A stretch of 64,000 nt of DNA from an uncultured Nitrospinota bacterium (GTDB taxonomy: Bacteria > Tectomicrobia > Entotheonellia > J063 > CAVPRW01): the NCBI GenBank assembly GCA_963707985.1, contig CAVPRW010000018.1, positions 1 through 64,000 on the forward strand, in the 5' to 3' direction. Positions 35,883 through 49,500 of the stretch are shown here, one piece after another (position 1 is the first letter of the stretch; every line of letters starts with the position of its first letter). A program made the position numbers and the translations under genes. The notes under the pieces are model-generated. The model was not told the origin of the DNA. It was given only the letters and a program-made list of their open reading frames with translations, and ran no database searches.

Positions 35883-37334
35883 ATGGCCATTGCGGAACGT
35901 CCGACATACGAAAAAACCAAGTTGGTTGCTCTTGACGAGTATCATCAGAGCCGCGATAACCTCGATGGCTTTCCCCCAACCACACTTGAGCATATCCCGC
36001 TGACCAACACCCCGAATATCTTCTCCTATAAATCGTATATTTTTGCCCCCAAGCCGGAGCTCGTGCAGCGTTTCATGAAGGCGACCAAGGCCGACATCGG
36101 CGGTGTAGGCGGCCATGTCGTATCGGCCGAGGAAGTGAAGGCCGTCCTCACCAAGTTCATTCTGGATCACAATCGCTATAACGGGGAGCCGATGTTCAGC
36201 AGCTTCATCGTCACCCATACCGGTGACGACATCGCGATTACGGGGATCCATTCGGAGAAGATACCGAACGAGGCGCTTGACGAACTTTTATGGGATGCCT
36301 TCATGCTGGGCACGGAAAAAGCCACGGAGCTTGGTCTATACGGCCCTGGGCAGGATCTTATCGCCGATTCGTTTACCGGAAATCTGCGTGGTGCCGGCCC
36401 TGCGACCATCACCCTACCGCTCCCCGTGCGTACCGAGAACCCATCACAGACCGTCGTGGTATCCTACGCCGACAAAACCGAACCATTTGCCTATAATTAT
36501 TACGCCACCGGTGCTTACCTCCTCCCACGCTTCAACACGGGGCTGGTCATTGCCTCATCGCGTATGAAGCGCGGCTTCATTTTCGAAATCATCGATCTCG
36601 ACTCCAAGGCTCAGGCTATTGAAGCCGGCATCCATCCGAACGATGCCAAAGGTATGGAAACCAAAATGACGGACCTGGGCAATGCCGGCGAGCGTGTGAT
36701 CTCCTTGCGGGCGCCAGAGGATCTGTTTGACATAGAAGGTTTGACGCGCAGCTCGCGCTATGTGGTGGGGCGGATCTATGCCCGCGAGGAGAATGGCGAT
36801 AAAGGACAGTTGGGGTACATCGTGTCGGCGGAACGTCTGCACAATATCCCGACCAAACGGGGGTTCGTCTACGGTGGCAAAGACGACCCGGTGATGTTGG
36901 CGTTTGCCCAGGGCGATTGGCCCGCTCCAGGCGAACTGACCTCTCCGTGGGCCGCTGCTCCGATGGTCCCGGGTGATTGCCGCGGCAGCCATGCCCTGCA
37001 TATTCTGCCGGTGCCCCTCAATTGGCAGACTTCCTATTGGTCTGGTCCTATCCTCTCCTGTGTGACACTGAGCTGCAACATCCACACCGGGCGTATTGGG
37101 GCCATCTCCGACCAATTTGCCCTAGGCACTCCATGGGACTATGTCCGGCAGCAAGCCTCCGAGCAGGCGGTGAAATTCCGCATCGCGCACGGCATCAAAC
37201 AGCCGGCCACGCTGCATGAGGATGAGCTGGAATACCAGGAAGGCTGGCGAGAGCGCAAGAATCGCCTGTTCCAGCAATTCGAGATGCGGCCCGTGTCAAC
37301 CAACGGCGCAGGTGTAACGGTGCACCAGGCCTAG
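35883..37334 (+). CDS. fbp: Class V fructose-1,6-bisphosphate aldolase/phosphatase (divergent, extended)
   Basis: KADIGGVGGH, GDDIA, LYGPGQDL..FTGNLRG.GP, ADKTEP, YGGKDDP (Schiff-base Lys), RGSH, C-terminal LEY. Confidence 0.9.
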   Translation: MAIAERPTYEKTKLVALDEYHQSRDNLDGFPPTTLEHIPLTNTPNIFSYKSYIFAPKPELVQRFMKATKADIGGVGGHVVSAEEVKAVLTKFILDHNRYNGEPMFSSFIVTHTGDDIAITGIHSEKIPNEALDELLWDAFMLGTEKATELGLYGPGQDLIADSFTGNLRGAGPATITLPLPVRTENPSQTVVVSYADKTEPFAYNYYATGAYLLPRFNTGLVIASSRMKRGFIFEIIDLDSKAQAIEAGIHPNDAKGMETKMTDLGNAGERVISLRAPEDLFDIEGLTRSSRYVVGRIYAREENGDKGQLGYIVSAERLHNIPTKRGFVYGGKDDPVMLAFAQGDWPAPGELTSPWAAAPMVPGDCRGSHALHILPVPLNWQTSYWSGPILSCVTLSCNIHTGRIGAISDQFALGTPWDYVRQQASEQAVKFRIAHGIKQPATLHEDELEYQEGWRERKNRLFQQFEMRPVSTNGAGVTVHQA

Positions 37335-37342
37335 GCCTACAT

Positions 37343-37381
37343 CCCCTTGCCCCCTCTTCTATCGGAAGGGGGAGCAGGGGG
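37343..37381. terminator. GC-rich hairpin between convergent fbp and dnaE
   Basis: CCCCTTGC-CCCCT..AGGGG-GAGCAGGGG inverted repeat. Confidence 0.5.
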
Positions 37382-37408
37382 CCTACCGACCTGATTCGCG
37401 TTTGCTAT

Positions 37409-40400
37409 CTATTCGAAATGTACGACTTCCTGCCCAAATAACGTCTCGATATGCTGGACCAGCGCTTCCGAGGGGGCGACTTGCAGACGCTCCTCCGAGA
37501 GCAGAATGACCTCTCGTTCTTCCGGGAACAGGAGATGTAGATAGACCGGGCTTCCCCCCGGCGCTCTCTGCAGGATGGATTTCAGCTGGCCAAGTGTGTC
37601 GCGATTCAAGCCTAGCGTCGGCAGGCTAATGTGTACTTGCGGTGAGAGCCGCTCCGCCGCTTCTGCCAGGGGTACAATGCGGTCGGCAATGATCTTGGGG
37701 TTATCATCTCCCCAATCGACCACTCCTCGCACCAACACCGGTTGATCGGTCTCAAGTACCGCCCCAAACTCTTTGTACACTTCCGGGAAGACAATTGCCT
37801 CAACCTGTCCCTGCACATCCTCCAGCGTCACGAACGCCATACGATCGCCTTTACGCGTGGTCTGCAGGCGTGTCTTGAAGATCATGCCGCCGAGACTGAC
37901 TTTTTCGCCATCTTGGAATTCTCTGAGGCTCTGGGTGTTGGCGATGGCGTACAATCGGAGCTGGCGTTCGTAGCGAGACAGGGGATGGCCTGTGATATAG
38001 AAGCCGATGACCTCCTTTTCATAGGCCAACAACTGGCTCTCCTCCCATTCTGGTACCGAAGGTATACGGGGACGGTATGCGGGCTGCATGGACGCTTCGA
38101 CATCATCGAACATGCTGATCTGGCCATCTTCGCGATCACGCTGGCGTTTCTGGCCAGATTCGAGATAATCATCCAGAACTGCCATCATCTGCGCTCGGGT
38201 CTCACCGATGGCGTCAAACGCCCCGCATTTGATCAGACTTTCGATGACACGTCGATTGACGACTTTCAGATTCACGCGCTGGCAAAAATCGAACAGCGAG
38301 CTGAACCGTCCCCCTTCCTCGCGTGCTGCAATGACGGCTTCAATGGCATTATCGCCAACATTTTTTACAGCGGCCAAGCCAAAACGAATGGCCTCCCCCA
38401 CCACACGGAAATCACGGTAGCTGTCATTGACATCCGGTGACAGAATGCTAATTGCCATATCGCGTGACTCATTGATATAGCGGATGACCTTGTCGGTGTT
38501 TTGCACTTCGCTGGTGAGCAGGGCCGCCATATACTCCCGTGAATAATGCGTTTTGAGATACGCCGTCCAATAGGCAATAAGGGCGTAGGCGGCGCTGTGG
38601 GATTTGTTGAAGCCATATCCCGCAAAGTAGGCCATGAGCTCGAACAGCGCCTCGGCTTTCTTTGGGTCGAAGCCATGTTCCAGCGCACCCTTCAAAAAGA
38701 TTTCGCGCTGCTCTGCCATGACCTCGGGCTTTTTCTTGCCCATGGCGCGCCGCAACAGATCGGCGAGCCCTAAGGAGAAGCCGGCGATGGTGCTGGCGAT
38801 CTGCATCACCTGTTCCTGATAGACGATAATGCCATACGTCTCCTGCAGAATCGGCTCGAGCTCGGGCAGCAGATATTCCACCTGCGCCTTACCATGTTTA
38901 CGCTGGATGAAGTCATCGATCATCCCGCTGCCGAGTGGGCCGGGTCGATACAACGCCACCAGAGCTATCACATCCTCAAATACGGTCGGTTTGAGCTTGC
39001 GTAAAATATCGCGCAGACCCTGGCTTTCAAGTTGAAAAACCCCGAATGTACGGGCCTCGCTCAACAGCTGATAGGTCCTGGTATCATCAAGGGGGATATC
39101 CTCCAGGGTGATCTCGGTCTGGTGCGAGTCTACGATGAACCGCAGGGTGTTGTGCAGCACAGTGAGCGTGCGCAATCCTAGAAAATCCATTTTCAGCAGA
39201 CCCAGTTCCTCGATGTCCCCCATCGGATACTGGGTCACGACTTCGCCTTTGTTGCCCTTGTAGAGCGGCACGAACTCGACGAGCGGTTCAGGGGAAATCA
39301 CCACTCCAGCCGCATGCGTAGAGGCGTGACGGACCAGCCCTTCGAGCGCCTGTGCGGTGCTCATGAGCCGCGTCATCTGCCCTCCTTGCTGCTCGATGTC
39401 GCGCAACTTGGACTCTTCCTTGAGGGCGTCCGCCAGAGTGATATTGAGGCGATTGGGCACTAGTTTGGCAATGCGATCGACCTCCCCATAGGGAATGTCC
39501 AGTGTTCGCCCGACGTCACGCAGCACGGCTTTGGCCATCATCGTCCCGAACGTGATGATTTGCGCCACGTTCTCCTTGCCGTATTTATGCGTCACATAGT
39601 CGATGACTTCATCTCGCCGTTCTTGGCAGAAGTCGATATCGATGTCCGGCAGGCTGACCCTCTCCGGATTGAGGAAGCGTTCGAACAGGAGGTTGTACTC
39701 CAGAGGGTCAAGTTCAGTGATGCCGAGCGCATACGCCACCAGACTGCCGGCGGCGGACCCACGACCCGGGCCAACAGGGATGCCCTGGCGTTTGGCGTAG
39801 TCGATGAAGTCCCAGACGATTAGAAAATATCCTGGGTAGCCCATCTGGTTGATGACTTTGAGCTCGTGCGTGGCACGTTCCTCATAGGAATCGCATCTGC
39901 TCCGACGTCAGGCGCCGCCCGCGACGCTCGGCTAATTTCAGGCGCTGATGCAAGCGCTCAAACACGGTGGCTTCTAAGTAGCTATCAAGGGTATAGCCGT
40001 CAGGCACTTGATATCGGGGAAGATGGGTTTCCCCAAGCGGGATTTCCAGATGGCAGCGCTCGGCAATCGCCAGCGTTTGCTCCACAGCACCGGCGATATC
40101 GCCGAAGCGCTCTGCCATTTCGTGTGGAGATTTGACATAAAAGTCTGGGGTGGAAAACGCAAAGCGTTTTGGATCGCTGAGCGATTTACCGGTCTGAATG
40201 CAGAGCAAAACGTCGTGCGCCGCGGCATCCTCGGCTTTGAGGTAATGACAATCATTGGTCGCCACCAGAGGGATGCTGAGGTCGCGGCCAAGCCGTATGA
40301 GCGCCTCGTTGAAGGCGGGCTCACCATCGAGGTCATGGCGTTGGATTTCGAGGAAGTAGTCGTCGCTAAACTGCTCCTTATACCAGCGTGCGGCTTCACG

Positions 40401-40880
40401 CGCCCGCTCTTCCTGGCCGTTGGCCAGGGAGCTCAAGACTTCACCGGACAGACAGCCACTCAGGATGATCAACCCCTCGTGATACTTCGCCAATAGCTCC
40501 TTATCGACGCGTGGGCGATAATAAAAACCTTCGAGATACCCAGCACTGACAAGTTTGATTAGGTTACGATACCCCTGATAATTTTTCGCGATGACGGTAA
40601 GATGGTAGGACGCGTCACTGATGCCCTGGGTGGAGCTGCGGTCGAACCGACTACCGGGAGCAACATAGAGCTCGCATCCCAGGATCGGGTTGATACCGGT
40701 GGCGCGCCCCTGGCGATAGAATTCCAGCGCGCCAAACATATTGCCATGATCGGTGAGGCCAATCGCTGACATGCCGTACGCTTTGGCAGTCGTGAATAGC
40801 TCTGCTATCCGATTGGCACCGTCGAGCAAGGAATACTCCGTATGCAAGTGCAAGTGTACAAAATCCTCATGTGTGCCCAT
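37409..40880 (-). CDS. dnaE: DNA polymerase III subunit alpha (one apparent indel near 39890)
   Basis: PHP domain HLHLHTEYSLLDG in ORF 39882..40931; GPGRGSAAGS, PDIDIDF, YGFNKSH and OB fold in ORF 37409..39844; bridging frame reads YEERATHELKVINQMG. Confidence 0.96.
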
Positions 40881-41105
40881 GGCCAATCTTCGCTCCCTTG
40901 CATCTGACACCATGACCTGGATGATTATCACACGACCAAGGACCGTCCCTCACGCCTAGCCCTCCTCCAATGGGCAAGAGCACCAAAAACCCATCGGCAT
41001 GCTGCAAACGCATCCTACCACAGAATTAATTTCAATTGAAATAGTTGACTTCCATTCCATACTTATACGCCATGGGCAAAGGGATCAAGCTTCTGCTGCC
41101 CCCAG

Positions 41106-42661
<1,556 letters not shown>

Positions 42662-42683
42662 TGCCCGCTAGCTCCTTTAATCT

Positions 42684-44222
<1,539 letters not shown>

Positions 44223-44287
44223 TCAGCTCGCGGTACTTATCACTCAGCCTCGCCTTGAGGGCTGACGTCTAGTCGATGTGGGGCGCT

Positions 44288-44734
44288 CTACAACACATTG
44301 AGAATTTTGTTGAGTGAAGTCTCGTATTTTTCTTCCATGCGGGCCAGGTAGCTATTCCACTCTTCCAGGCTCCAGAGCTCTAGGCGATCGTACATGCCGA
44401 TGGCGACGATTTCCTCTTCGATGCCTGATAGCTCCCGCAAGCGGCGGGGCACACAGATGCGACCGGAGCGATCGATTTCCGAGCCCATGGTTTCAGAGAC
44501 GATGAAATGCATAAACAAACGGCTCTGGTCATCATCCAGGGTTTCTCGAGCCCGCACCAGTTTGTTTTCCCAATCTGGCAGCGCATAAAGCCACAGGCAC
44601 TCGGTCTGACCCCGCACGAACATCACGCTCTTGGTCTGGTCCGGCTTACCTTTATCGAGCAGCTCCCGAATAGAGGCAGGGATGAAAAAGCGCCCCTTGT
44701 CGTCCAGTTTACACCGGAACTCGCCTGCGAACAC
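44288..44734 (-). CDS. mraZ: MraZ family transcriptional regulator (outside the dcw cluster)
   Basis: MFAGEF...LDDKGR..IP and IDRSGRI..P SpoVT/AbrB repeats, DRLELWS; strong RBS GAGGAGGTG. Confidence 0.88.
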   Translation of the reverse strand: MFAGEFRCKLDDKGRFFIPASIRELLDKGKPDQTKSVMFVRGQTECLWLYALPDWENKLVRARETLDDDQSRLFMHFIVSETMGSEIDRSGRICVPRRLRELSGIEEEIVAIGMYDRLELWSLEEWNSYLARMEEKYETSLNKILNVL

Positions 44735-45129
44735 GTGCGCTCACCTCCTCATCGCTTGGCAACGGGCCCCGTGGTGACAAAGCCGGGTACATCTCAGCTG
44801 CTGGCCTGGACCACCGCAACGCTGAGCAAGTTTCGCAAATGCTGCGGAGGTGGATAGCGATGTCGCCGTGGCGATATTATAGCGCATGCCTAGTGGGTAT
44901 GCTCGTGTGAGAAACGGGAGACCGTTGGCATCTCCGCAACGTCCCTCACTTTCTTGACTTCCGGGAAGCGGTATGTGAGAATGCCGACGACATGATGCGC
45001 GTGCGAACCTGCAGTGCTCCTACTCTCCTATCACAGCTATGACGCCTTGTCAATTGGATTTTCAGCACCCCGAAACGATACAAGCGTTATGCCTCGGCAT
45101 CAACCGATATTCGTGAGGATGACCACACT

Positions 45130-46485
45130 GTGGATGAAGAACTCTGGCATAAGTTCTTGTCGGGTATCGAGGAACACATTGGCACGGCGAAATTCTCCAC
45201 CTGGTTTGAGCCCCTCAAGTACCTTGGGACCCAGGGGAAAAACCTGCGCATCCAGGTACCCAACCGGTTTAGTCGGGAATGGCTCAGTGAGCATTACCTG
45301 CCGCTCATGGTGCAGACGGCACGGGAACTGGTCGGCCCAGAGATTACGATCCAGTTTGAGGTTGGTGGACGCGAATCCGGCAATGCTGAGGCGAGTGAAG
45401 CCCCCATCAACGTTGCCTCAGAACCTACACGGCCAACGGCTCCAGAGCCCCTAGTCGTTGAGGAATCACCGTTTAATCAACGGCTCACCTTCGACACATT
45501 TGTGGTCGGACCTGGTAATCGCTTGGCCCATGCGGCCTGTCTCGCCGTCGCCCAGCGGCCGGCAGAGGCTTATAACCCACTTTTTCTGTACGGGGGCGTA
45601 GGACTCGGCAAAACCCACCTGCTGCATTCGATCGGGCACTATCTTCATGAGACCAGGCCGAATCTGCGCGTCGCCTACGTGTCGTCGGAAAATTTTTTGA
45701 ATGACTTGGTCAATGCTATTCAGGCACACGATGTCGTCGAGTTCCGCAATACGTATCGCACTTACAATATCTTGATGATCGATGACATCCAGTTCATCGC
45801 TGGCAAGGAGCGCACCCAGGAAGAATTCTTCCATACCTTCAACGATCTCTACAACAGTCAACGGCAGATTGTGTTGAGTAGCGATCGTTCGCCGCGAGAG
45901 ATGGCTACCCTCGAGGATCGTTTGCGTTCACGTTTCGAGTGGGGGATGATCGCTGACCTGCAGCCGCCAGACCTCGAGACCCGGATCGCCATTCTGAGGA
46001 AGAAAGCTGCGCTGCTCGATGTCGATCTTGCGGATGATGTGAGCTACATGATCGCCAACCACATCAAGGCTGACGTCCGAAAGCTTGAAGGTGCGCTCAA
46101 CCGCCTTGTGCTTCAAAGTTCGATCATGCGTCAGCGCACCATCACCGAGGAAATGGCTCATGCGGTGCTTCGGGATATGCTGGATCGCGACGAACCGGCA
46201 ATCACCGTCGAGCGTATCCAGGAACTGGTCTCAGCCCACTTTAAGGTACCATTACATTTGTTGACCTCAAGTAAACGCAGCAAAGAGGTGGCCATGGCAC
46301 GGCAGGTGGCGATGTATCTCTCAAGGGAACTGACCAAGAACTCCTTCCCCGACATCGGCAAACAATTCGGTGGCAAAGATCACACCACCGTCCTCCACGG
46401 CCACAAGCAGATCAAACGGCTCATCGAGAACGATGGACAGTTCAGGGCGGAGATCGATCAACTTGTCAGCCGACTTCAAGGATAA
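45130..46485 (+). CDS. dnaA: Chromosomal replication initiator DnaA
   Basis: TFDTFVVG..N, YNPLFLYGGVGLGKTHL, DDIQF, RLRSRFEWG, RQVAMYL, GGKDHTTV. Confidence 0.98.
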   Translation: MDEELWHKFLSGIEEHIGTAKFSTWFEPLKYLGTQGKNLRIQVPNRFSREWLSEHYLPLMVQTARELVGPEITIQFEVGGRESGNAEASEAPINVASEPTRPTAPEPLVVEESPFNQRLTFDTFVVGPGNRLAHAACLAVAQRPAEAYNPLFLYGGVGLGKTHLLHSIGHYLHETRPNLRVAYVSSENFLNDLVNAIQAHDVVEFRNTYRTYNILMIDDIQFIAGKERTQEEFFHTFNDLYNSQRQIVLSSDRSPREMATLEDRLRSRFEWGMIADLQPPDLETRIAILRKKAALLDVDLADDVSYMIANHIKADVRKLEGALNRLVLQSSIMRQRTITEEMAHAVLRDMLDRDEPAITVERIQELVSAHFKVPLHLLTSSKRSKEVAMARQVAMYLSRELTKNSFPDIGKQFGGKDHTTVLHGHKQIKRLIENDGQFRAEIDQLVSRLQG

Positions 46486-46552
46486 CGGTTGGTGACTGCT
46501 GAGCAGGCTTGATGACCCTGTCCTGTAGGCCTAGTGGCAGGAGTACAGCGCC

Positions 46553-46581
46553 TTGACAGGGGTGTCAGTGGCTGCTAGAGT
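46553..46581 (+). promoter_or_regulatory. Sigma70 promoter of glgA
   Basis: TTGACA-N17-TAGAGT with extended TG; AAGGAGG RBS follows. Confidence 0.6.
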
Positions 46582-46607
46582 AGCCTCCAAAGACAAGGAG
46601 GCGAATT

Positions 46608-48095
46608 ATGCCCGACGCGCTGAAAGTGGTGATTGTTGCATCCGAGGTGGTACCGTTCGCGAAGACCGGTGGGTTGGCCGATGTCGCTGGTGCACTGCCA
46701 ATCGCGCTGGCTCGGTTGGGGCACCAGGTGAGTGTGATCATGCCCCGCTATCCGACGATCGAGCGCGCCGTGCGCTCGCTGGAAAAAGTGTGGGACCGCC
46801 TCGTCGTGCCTATGGGCTCCCAGACCGAAGTAGGAGCGGTCTGGAGCGCAAAGCTCACCTCCCGAATCCCGGTATATTTTATTGAACATCCAGGGTATTT
46901 CCAACGCAACGCCCTTTATACGACACCTCAGGGTGACTATCCTGATAACGCCCAGCGCTTTGCCTTTTTTGCGAGAGCCGCTCTGGAGGCATGCCAGTCC
47001 CTTAAGCTCCAGCCGGACATCATGCACTGTCACGATTGGCAAGCTGGGTTGATTCCGGCATACCTGAACACCGTCTTACAGAACGATCCTTCCTGGGCGT
47101 CGACCAGTAGCCTATTGACCATCCACAATATCGCCTATCAGGGGCTGTTCCCGCCGGAAGTAATGGAGTTCCTGCAACTTCCGCCCCACACGTATTCGCC
47201 CGATGGCATAGAATTCTATGGCCAAGTGAACTACTTGAAAGCAGGTATTGTCTATGCGGACGTCATCAACACGGTTAGTCACCGCTATAGCCAGGAGATC
47301 CAGACGGCGGAGTTTGGCTGTGGCCTGGAGGGTATCTTGCGCTATCGGGATCAGGATGTCTATGGGATTTTAAACGGCATCGATGACAATGCGTGGAATC
47401 CCGCCAAAGATCGCTTGATCGCGGCGCGGTACAGCACCGCCAATCCCTCCGGCAAGCAGATCTGCAAACGTGACCTGCTGGAAACGTTCGGACTCTCCTC
47501 TCAATGGATGAACAGCCCTGTTGTCGGCATCATCTCTCGACTAGTCGATCAGAAGGGTTTTGACCTCATCGAGAGCACCATTCATCGCATGCTGGCGCTC
47601 GACCTTGGGCTTGTGGTGCTGGGGACCGGGGAGGCCCGTTACGAGGAATTGTTGCGCCGGCTCCGGGAGCGCTATGCCGGCAAGGTCGGCGTGACCATCG
47701 GATTTGATAACGTCCTGGCGCATAAGATCGAGGCCGGCAGCGATATCTTTCTCATGCCATCGCGCTTCGAGCCCTGTGGCTTGAATCAGATGTATAGCTT
47801 ACGCTATGGCACCGTGCCGGTGGTGCATGCAAGCGGAGGGTTGGATGATACCATCGAGGCCTACGAGCCGGCATCGGACCGTGGCAACGGCTTCAAATTC
47901 GTGCCCTACGACGCCGATATCCTGCTGTCCACCCTGCAGCGCGCCCTGACGCTCTATCAGGACCGTGCCGCCTGGGGGCGTCTCATGCAGCGCGGCATGC
48001 AGGGCAACTTTTCCTGGGCGAAATCTGCCCAGGCATATGCCGACCTTTATGCTACAGCACTGGACAGACGTCGGGGAGCGGCGGTGCCGGTGTGA
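46608..48095 (+). CDS. glgA: Glycogen synthase
   Basis: KTGGLADV, HCHDW, TIHNIAYQG, SRLVDQKG, PSRFEPCGLNQ. Confidence 0.97.
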   Translation: MPDALKVVIVASEVVPFAKTGGLADVAGALPIALARLGHQVSVIMPRYPTIERAVRSLEKVWDRLVVPMGSQTEVGAVWSAKLTSRIPVYFIEHPGYFQRNALYTTPQGDYPDNAQRFAFFARAALEACQSLKLQPDIMHCHDWQAGLIPAYLNTVLQNDPSWASTSSLLTIHNIAYQGLFPPEVMEFLQLPPHTYSPDGIEFYGQVNYLKAGIVYADVINTVSHRYSQEIQTAEFGCGLEGILRYRDQDVYGILNGIDDNAWNPAKDRLIAARYSTANPSGKQICKRDLLETFGLSSQWMNSPVVGIISRLVDQKGFDLIESTIHRMLALDLGLVVLGTGEARYEELLRRLRERYAGKVGVTIGFDNVLAHKIEAGSDIFLMPSRFEPCGLNQMYSLRYGTVPVVHASGGLDDTIEAYEPASDRGNGFKFVPYDADILLSTLQRALTLYQDRAAWGRLMQRGMQGNFSWAKSAQAYADLYATALDRRRGAAVPV

Positions 48096-48106
48096 GACTC
48101 CTCCTG

Positions 48107-49339
48107 TTACACTACTCCTTCCGTGTGTAGCCGTTCCAGCGTGGATCGATCATAGCCCAGCATTCCCGTGAGGATCTCCTCCGTATGTTCCCCCAACAGC
48201 GGCGGAGGCTGCACCTCGACCGGAGAGTCGGAGAGCACTAGTGGGCAACCGACGGTTTTGAACCGGCCACGCCGTGGGTGCCTCACATCGATGATCATGC
48301 CGCGTTCCGCGAGAGCCTTGTCCTCGATCATCTCTTTGATATCCAAGATCGGCCCGCAGGGCACATCGATGTCGTTGAGCAACTCCATGGCCTGCAATTT
48401 GGTGTATTGCAGTGTCCACTCCTCAATCAAGCTAAATACTTCCCCAAGCTTGTCGAGACGCGCTTCAGGCGTGGCGTATTCCTGATCGTCGATCAAGTCG
48501 CTGCGTCCAATCAACGCCGCTAGCGCCGGCCATACCTGCGGCTGGATAATGACGTAAATGTAATCATTGGGGCCGCCAGGCTTACACCTGAGGGCTCCTC
48601 CTGGCTGCCCACCGCCGGAGGCATTGCCCGTCCGCGGCACGGCATCGCCAAAGATTTGCGTCGGATATTCGGGCAGAGGGCCGTGCTGCAGCCGCTGTTG
48701 ATCACGTACTTTGACGCGGCAGAGATTCAGCACGGCGTCTTGCATGGCCACCTCGACGTGTTGTCCTCTGCCGGTGGTAACTCGCTGGTAGAGCGCCGCC
48801 AGGATGGCCGCCAGGAGGTGAACCCCAGTCCCTGAATCACCGATCTGTGCACCCGTGCTGGTGGGAGGGCCGCCCTCATACCCCGTGGTGCTCATCGATC
48901 CGCCCATGGCCTGGGCAATGGTTTCATAGGCTTTAAAATGGACGAAAGGCCCTGGGCCGAATCCCTTGATTGAGGCATAGATCAGGTGGGGATTGATGGC
49001 CCTGACGGTATCCCAGGAAAATCCCAACCGATCCAGGGCCCCGGGGGCAAAGTTTTCTACCAACACATCCGAAATCTCGATCAGTTTGTGGAAGATCTTT
49101 TTGCCTTGTGGAGATTTCAGATTGAGCGTCACGCTGCGTTTGTTGCAGTTCAGCATGGTAAAATACAGGCTGTCGAGATTCGGAAGGTCGCGCAGTTGAG
49201 TGCGCGTAATATCGCCACGCCCCGGTGGCTCAATTTTGATGACATCGGCGCCGAGCCAGGCCATCAGTTGTGTGCAGGACGGCCCCGACTGTACATGAGT
49301 CATATCTAGCACCCGAACCCCTGTTAATGCCTTTTCCAT
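48107..49339 (-). CDS. frc: Formyl-CoA:oxalate CoA-transferase
   Basis: HVQSGPSCTQ, DSLYFTMLNCNKRS, AQAMGGSMSTTG, IGDSGTG, LNLCRVK.RDQQRL, GNASGGGQPG loop. Confidence 0.95.
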   Translation of the reverse strand: MEKALTGVRVLDMTHVQSGPSCTQLMAWLGADVIKIEPPGRGDITRTQLRDLPNLDSLYFTMLNCNKRSVTLNLKSPQGKKIFHKLIEISDVLVENFAPGALDRLGFSWDTVRAINPHLIYASIKGFGPGPFVHFKAYETIAQAMGGSMSTTGYEGGPPTSTGAQIGDSGTGVHLLAAILAALYQRVTTGRGQHVEVAMQDAVLNLCRVKVRDQQRLQHGPLPEYPTQIFGDAVPRTGNASGGGQPGGALRCKPGGPNDYIYVIIQPQVWPALAALIGRSDLIDDQEYATPEARLDKLGEVFSLIEEWTLQYTKLQAMELLNDIDVPCGPILDIKEMIEDKALAERGMIIDVRHPRRGRFKTVGCPLVLSDSPVEVQPPPLLGEHTEEILTGMLGYDRSTLERLHTEGVV

Positions 49340-49500
49340 AGCTCGCCTCTTCAATAACAGTAGCGTATTTGTCGTGATAAAGTCGTCTGCTTCCCAGGTG
49401 CCCTCTCACCCTGCCAGCGGGTGAGGGCAGCAGAACACGATCGAGGGCTCGCACTGCCTTTCCTCCGGCCCTCTGCCGATCGGAACAGGCGTGAAATCAC

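Noticed and set aside
39844..39900. Split dnaE (programmed frameshift or split intein)
   Set aside because: A single extra base restores a continuous DnaE. There are no intein motifs or slippery site, and similar indels hit guaA, glmM, nnr and lptC, so this is most likely consensus error.
44735..46600. oriC beside dnaA
   Set aside because: No cluster of DnaA boxes or AT-rich unwinding element is visible on either side.
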